This document shows, in pieces, positions 24,588-27,687 of a stretch of DNA of 27,687 nucleotides. The translations under genes were made by a program, and so were the position numbers. The first letter of the stretch is position 1; every line of letters begins with the position of its first letter. This stretch comes from an uncultured archaeon. Its GTDB lineage: Archaea > Altiarchaeota > Altiarchaeia > IMC4 > JBDREA01. The notes under the pieces are model-generated. The model was not told the origin of the DNA and made no database searches. It saw only the letters and a list, made by a program, of their open reading frames with translations. Location: NCBI GenBank assembly GCA_964443985.1, contig CAYUFO010000001.1:1-27687 (forward strand). The letters run 5' to 3'.

Positions 24588-26733
24588 CGTGGGTGGGTTT
24601 TCCGTCGGATTCGAGCGCCCAGCGGAGGGCGAAAATCGCTAATCCTATTAGAAGTATTGTTACTAAAAGCAGTGCGGCTAATAAAACCCCGGGGTTTCCG
24701 TTTGGGGGGTCTTCCATTGCATGCTTGATGGCGCGGCCTGTCGGTGCGGTGATGGCGTGTTCGGTCGGGGCTCCTTTTTCCGGCAGTGGGGCTGGGAGCG
24801 TTGCCCTATCGGGGAGGGGGGTCGTTGTCGGGGGTGTTTTTTCTTTTGAGTAGCTATCGTCGGCAAGGGTTCGGATCTCTTGGGTGTCCTCGAGATTCCC
24901 CTCTTCTGTCTTCAGTCTTGCCTTGAGGACATATTCTCCTGCCGCGGTGTCGGCATCGAGCATCCTCAACGCAACGGAAACATTCCTCCTCTCCCCTGTT
25001 GCCACCGACACGTTCACGGCGTTGGCATCCCACCGGCGTGACCACTTCCCTCCGTCGAATCCCTCAGAGAGCAACTGGTTCCCATCGTATATGTAGGCGT
25101 ATAGTTTTCCCTCGATCGATTCATTTTCCGCCCGGATCCCAACGACGACTTCGAACTCTTCACCACGTGCGACGTCGCGGGGGGCCTCTAGGATGCGAAA
25201 AGACGGTTCCTCTTTTTCCTCTCGTTCGTTTTCTTCCCCTCCGCTCTCCTCTTCCTCGACATGCAGTCCTTTCACATCCCCCTCTCTCCCATCCTCCGCA
25301 TCCTTGGGTCGCTCCTTTTCGATTTCGTCACCGCAGACGGTGATGGTGCGCTCGGAGCGTTCGCCGAGTCCTTCGGCGACGACGCGGATGGTGTGGTTGC
25401 CGGCTGGTCGCGTGTCCTTGAGCAACAAGGGTACTGTGAATTCGTTTCTCGTGTGCTTGGCGTCGATGTTGACTTTGAGCGTTGACGAGGCCTTGTCCTC
25501 CTGTTCGTCTTCGGCCCACACCCGCACTTGGTATTTGCGGGTGTCGCCGCGGTAGACGTCGAGCTTCACGGATACGGTGTCGCCCCATTCGTACGCTTTG
25601 TCTTGGTCGACTTCGAGGTCGAGGTCGGAGCGGGATGGGTGCCGCACGGCCCGCGGCCGCTCGCCCACGACGACGACGGGCTGCCAGGCGCTGAGGCTGC
25701 CTGCATCGATGCGGCATCCTGGTTCATCGATCTCAAAAACGAATCGATAGGCGTTGACGCCCGATTCAACTGGCGGCCGCATCGAACACGTAGTCCTCCT
25801 TTCCCCGTCGATGAAGGATACGCCGTCTTCTTCGTCGAGGAGTCCGCCGTAGAAGTCTTCGAGCCGGCATCGGTGGTGGAGGTTGTGGGGTGTTGTGGTG
25901 TTGGAGGAGACGTTGATGTGAAAGCCTTTTCCTTCGTAGACGACGGGGGTGTCAAGGATGGGGGTAATATTGCAGGATTCGTTGACGGCATGAAAGGATG
26001 CGGTGATGGCTTCCCGTGCCCGGTCGTTTCCTGTCTGCGTGTCCTTGCAGCTGATGCTTGCAAGGTGGGCGTGGATGTGGTGGGTTCCCTCGTCGTCTGC
26101 CGTCCACGAGCGAAGGCTCGACGCCTGCTCCTCCACGACGCCTGCCGCCGTCCAGTTGTAGGGTTTCTTGACGACGACACCGTCTTCGTCTTCCACCCAG
26201 TAGGAGACGTCGAGGCTCTCGGGGAGGCCGGTGCAGTCCGTACAGTTGACGGCAAGACTGAACCGCGCGGCTTCCCCGATGGCGAGGCCGGACTTTTCGG
26301 GGACTATGGCGACCTGCCAGTCGCACGCCAGCGTGGAGGTGTCGTGGATTGAGACGTTCTTTGCGGCCGCATCGTTTTCGGGGTTCGGGTCGTCGGACTC
26401 GTTTCCGTTCGTTATCCGTCCCTCGATGCGGTGTCTGCCTTCCGACGTCGGCGTCCACGACCCGGTCCCCGCCGTCTTCCAGGAGTTGACGCCTGTGATA
26501 GTGAAGGAATCGTTGACCGACGTGTTGGTGGCGAGATTCGTTAACGCGTAGTCGACGGCCACGGTGAGGTTCTCCCTCGCGCCCGTCTCGTGGTCGAGGT
26601 TGCGGATGGTGAACAGGTCTGTCACGGTGCTCCCCGCCGTCGCCTCGTCGGGGGCCGCCACCTCGAGTGCGAGGTCGTAGGCGCTCGTGGTGGGTGCGAG
26701 AAGGGCGATAATCAGGCACAAGCTCCATTTCAT
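24514..26733 (-). CDS. Secreted, C-terminally anchored cell-surface glycoprotein with CARDB/Ig-like domains
   Basis: Signal peptide MKWSLCLIIALLAPTTSA. CARDB-like D.NP.ND signatures, about 15 N-x-S/T sequons, a Thr/Pro linker and a C-terminal TM helix (VLLAALLLVTILLIGLAIFAL). Confidence 0.8.
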   Translation of the reverse strand: MKWSLCLIIALLAPTTSAYDLALEVAAPDEATAGSTVTDLFTIRNLDHETGARENLTVAVDYALTNLATNTSVNDSFTITGVNSWKTAGTGSWTPTSEGRHRIEGRITNGNESDDPNPENDAAAKNVSIHDTSTLACDWQVAIVPEKSGLAIGEAARFSLAVNCTDCTGLPESLDVSYWVEDEDGVVVKKPYNWTAAGVVEEQASSLRSWTADDEGTHHIHAHLASISCKDTQTGNDRAREAITASFHAVNESCNITPILDTPVVYEGKGFHINVSSNTTTPHNLHHRCRLEDFYGGLLDEEDGVSFIDGERRTTCSMRPPVESGVNAYRFVFEIDEPGCRIDAGSLSAWQPVVVVGERPRAVRHPSRSDLDLEVDQDKAYEWGDTVSVKLDVYRGDTRKYQVRVWAEDEQEDKASSTLKVNIDAKHTRNEFTVPLLLKDTRPAGNHTIRVVAEGLGERSERTITVCGDEIEKERPKDAEDGREGDVKGLHVEEEESGGEENEREEKEEPSFRILEAPRDVARGEEFEVVVGIRAENESIEGKLYAYIYDGNQLLSEGFDGGKWSRRWDANAVNVSVATGERRNVSVALRMLDADTAAGEYVLKARLKTEEGNLEDTQEIRTLADDSYSKEKTPPTTTPLPDRATLPAPLPEKGAPTEHAITAPTGRAIKHAMEDPPNGNPGVLLAALLLVTILLIGLAIFALRWALESDGKPTHDVPDAHQPPRPPADPGCPAPLWER

Positions 26734-26757
26734 ACAAAAATATAAATTAACTTAAAG

Positions 26758-26765
26758 TTTATAAA
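26758..26765. promoter_or_regulatory. Palindromic TATA box TTTATAAA in the divergent promoter
   Basis: Sits 25-32 nt upstream of the ATG at 26733 (-), consistent with a leaderless transcript. AT-rich context. Confidence 0.6.
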
Positions 26766-26834
26766 TAGCATCCACCCCCAAAAATCCCCATCAAACGACC
26801 CTCTTATACCTTTCCCTCCCAATAGGGAACACCC

Positions 26835-27487
26835 ATGGAAAAGAAAAAGCCACCCAATCACGCCGGCGCCCCGAAAAGCCAAAGATCCTCTCGGGAGAGG
26901 AACCGCGGCAGGCCCCGACAGACGGCAACCTCATCCGACCGCCCCTCAAGCAGGACGAACTCCTCCCCAGGCAAATCGACGCATCCCTTGCACGCCTCGG
27001 CCCCCAAAAGCAGGATTCTGAGACGTATCACCTCCTCCTCAACCCCGACGGCACCCTCAAGGACATAACCCACACCCTGCTCAAAGCCGACCGAAACATG
27101 GTCGGAGCATACCGATCGGTCGCCTACCACAAACCTCTCAAAAGAATGTATTGCATCTACCTGACCACAGACACTCCCTTCAAACCAGAAAAAGGCAGCA
27201 GCAAACGGCGACACGTCGAGACGCTCATGACGGCCACCGACCTCCTCGCCGAGAAACTCGACGCAAAAACCATCACGATGAAGACGTGGATGTGGGCCGC
27301 CTACCCCCGCCTCATGCAGCGATACGGCTACGAACCCGTCAATCGGCAAAGACACCAAACCCTGGTTGAACGCTACCAGCGCTACCGCGACGCCAACCGG
27401 CGAAAGACACCAGACGCCGATGGAAACGAAACGGCCCGCGCCCCGGACCGCACCCCCCTACGGATGGATAGAGACGAAACAGTATGA
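26835..27487 (+). pseudogene. Frameshifted gene, weakly GNAT-like; may extend to 27527 through a second shift
   Basis: ATG 26835 lies about 26 nt after CTTATAC, but the typical codon usage sits in the -1 frame, which is open 26765-27487 with no ATG until 27098. The C-terminal part (LMTATDLLAEKLDAKTITM...YPRLMQRYGYEP) resembles GNAT motifs. Confidence 0.5.
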
Positions 27488-27523
27488 CTCCTACAAAAAG
27501 ACCATTAGAGAAACCCTTCCACC

Positions 27524-27600
27524 CTAACCCGTCTTATACCTGTGCTTCAGCACGGCTCGCATCTCCTCGGCCTTTCCCTTCCCGATGCCCTCGATGTCTC
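27524..27600 (-). pseudogene. Orphan 3' fragment of a helix-hairpin-helix protein (Hef/XPF/ERCC4-like C-terminus)
   Basis: Translates as DIEGIGKGKAEEMRAVLKHRYKTG* with host-like codons. No in-window start; the frame continues upstream only as non-HhH sequence overlapping hicA. Confidence 0.55.
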
Positions 27601-27687
27601 CTACTCTCCCCTCCTTTTTTTCAGATACTCTTCTCGTGTGAGGTTTATCTCCTTGAGTATCTGTCTGAGGAGGGTGGGGCTTATTTC
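27601..27687 (-). CDS. hicA: 3' end of a HicA-like type II toxin (partial, runs off the window)
   Basis: EISPTLLRQILKEINLTREEYLKKRRGE* matches the HicA C-terminal 'I.P..L..IL....IS.EEF' pattern. Lower GC than its flanks. Confidence 0.65.
   Translation of the reverse strand, partial: EISPTLLRQILKEINLTREEYLKKRRGE

Noticed and set aside
230-26551. Many long overlapping Arg/Pro/Ser-rich or antisense ORFs (e.g. 3584-4801, 5524-6789, 10262-11278, 21826-22770, 23647-24642)
   Set aside because: Shadow ORFs expected from high GC3 codon bias opposite or off-frame to real genes; they show no recognisable motifs.
26802-27541. 10-bp direct repeat TCTTATACCT (26802-26811 and 27532-27541) flanking the frameshifted gene, suggesting a target-site duplication
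   Set aside because: One copy is a plausible TATA element and the other lies within the HhH coding fragment. There is no transposase or terminal inverted repeat, and a 10-mer match can arise by chance.
1-27687. tRNA, rRNA, CRISPR array, integrase or transposase
   Set aside because: No cloverleaf/T-loop pattern, regularly spaced repeats or recombinase motifs were recognised by eye. tRNAscan-SE and Infernal would be needed to exclude small ncRNAs.

Overview
High-GC archaeal chromosomal window, mostly core genes. The lineage cannot be assigned from sequence alone; a DPANN/Altiarchaeota-like origin is only a guess. Left: a minus-strand por(G-D-A-B), ftsZ, secE, spt5, rpl11, rpl1, rpl10 cluster with no rpl12 after rpl10. 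secE (58 aa) is missing from the ORF track. Then two convergent multi-TM GT-C-type glycosyltransferase-like genes and a plus-strand rpl21e, rpo4, DUF655, ferredoxin, alba, NusA-like KH, non-discriminating aspS run, followed by an NTF2-like gene and a DJ-1/PfpI gene lacking its catalytic Cys. Next is a long minus-strand run: secreted sequon-rich CARDB/Ig surface protein, 910-aa wHTH/coiled-coil/wHTH protein, radical-SAM (RaSEA-like)/ArcS-core (DUF5591-like) fusion, degenerate acylphosphatase-like protein, hisA, hisC, SAM hydroxide adenosyltransferase (DUF62) and tatD. The right end looks disturbed: a frameshifted GNAT-like gene, an orphan 3' helix-hairpin-helix fragment (Hef/XPF-like) and the 3' end of a HicA-like toxin. 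The best novelty candidates are the single-polypeptide RaSEA-ArcS archaeosine enzyme and the surface glycoprotein plus double-wHTH coiled-coil pair. No rRNA, tRNA, CRISPR array or transposase was recognised. All family calls come from motif recognition by eye, not database searches.
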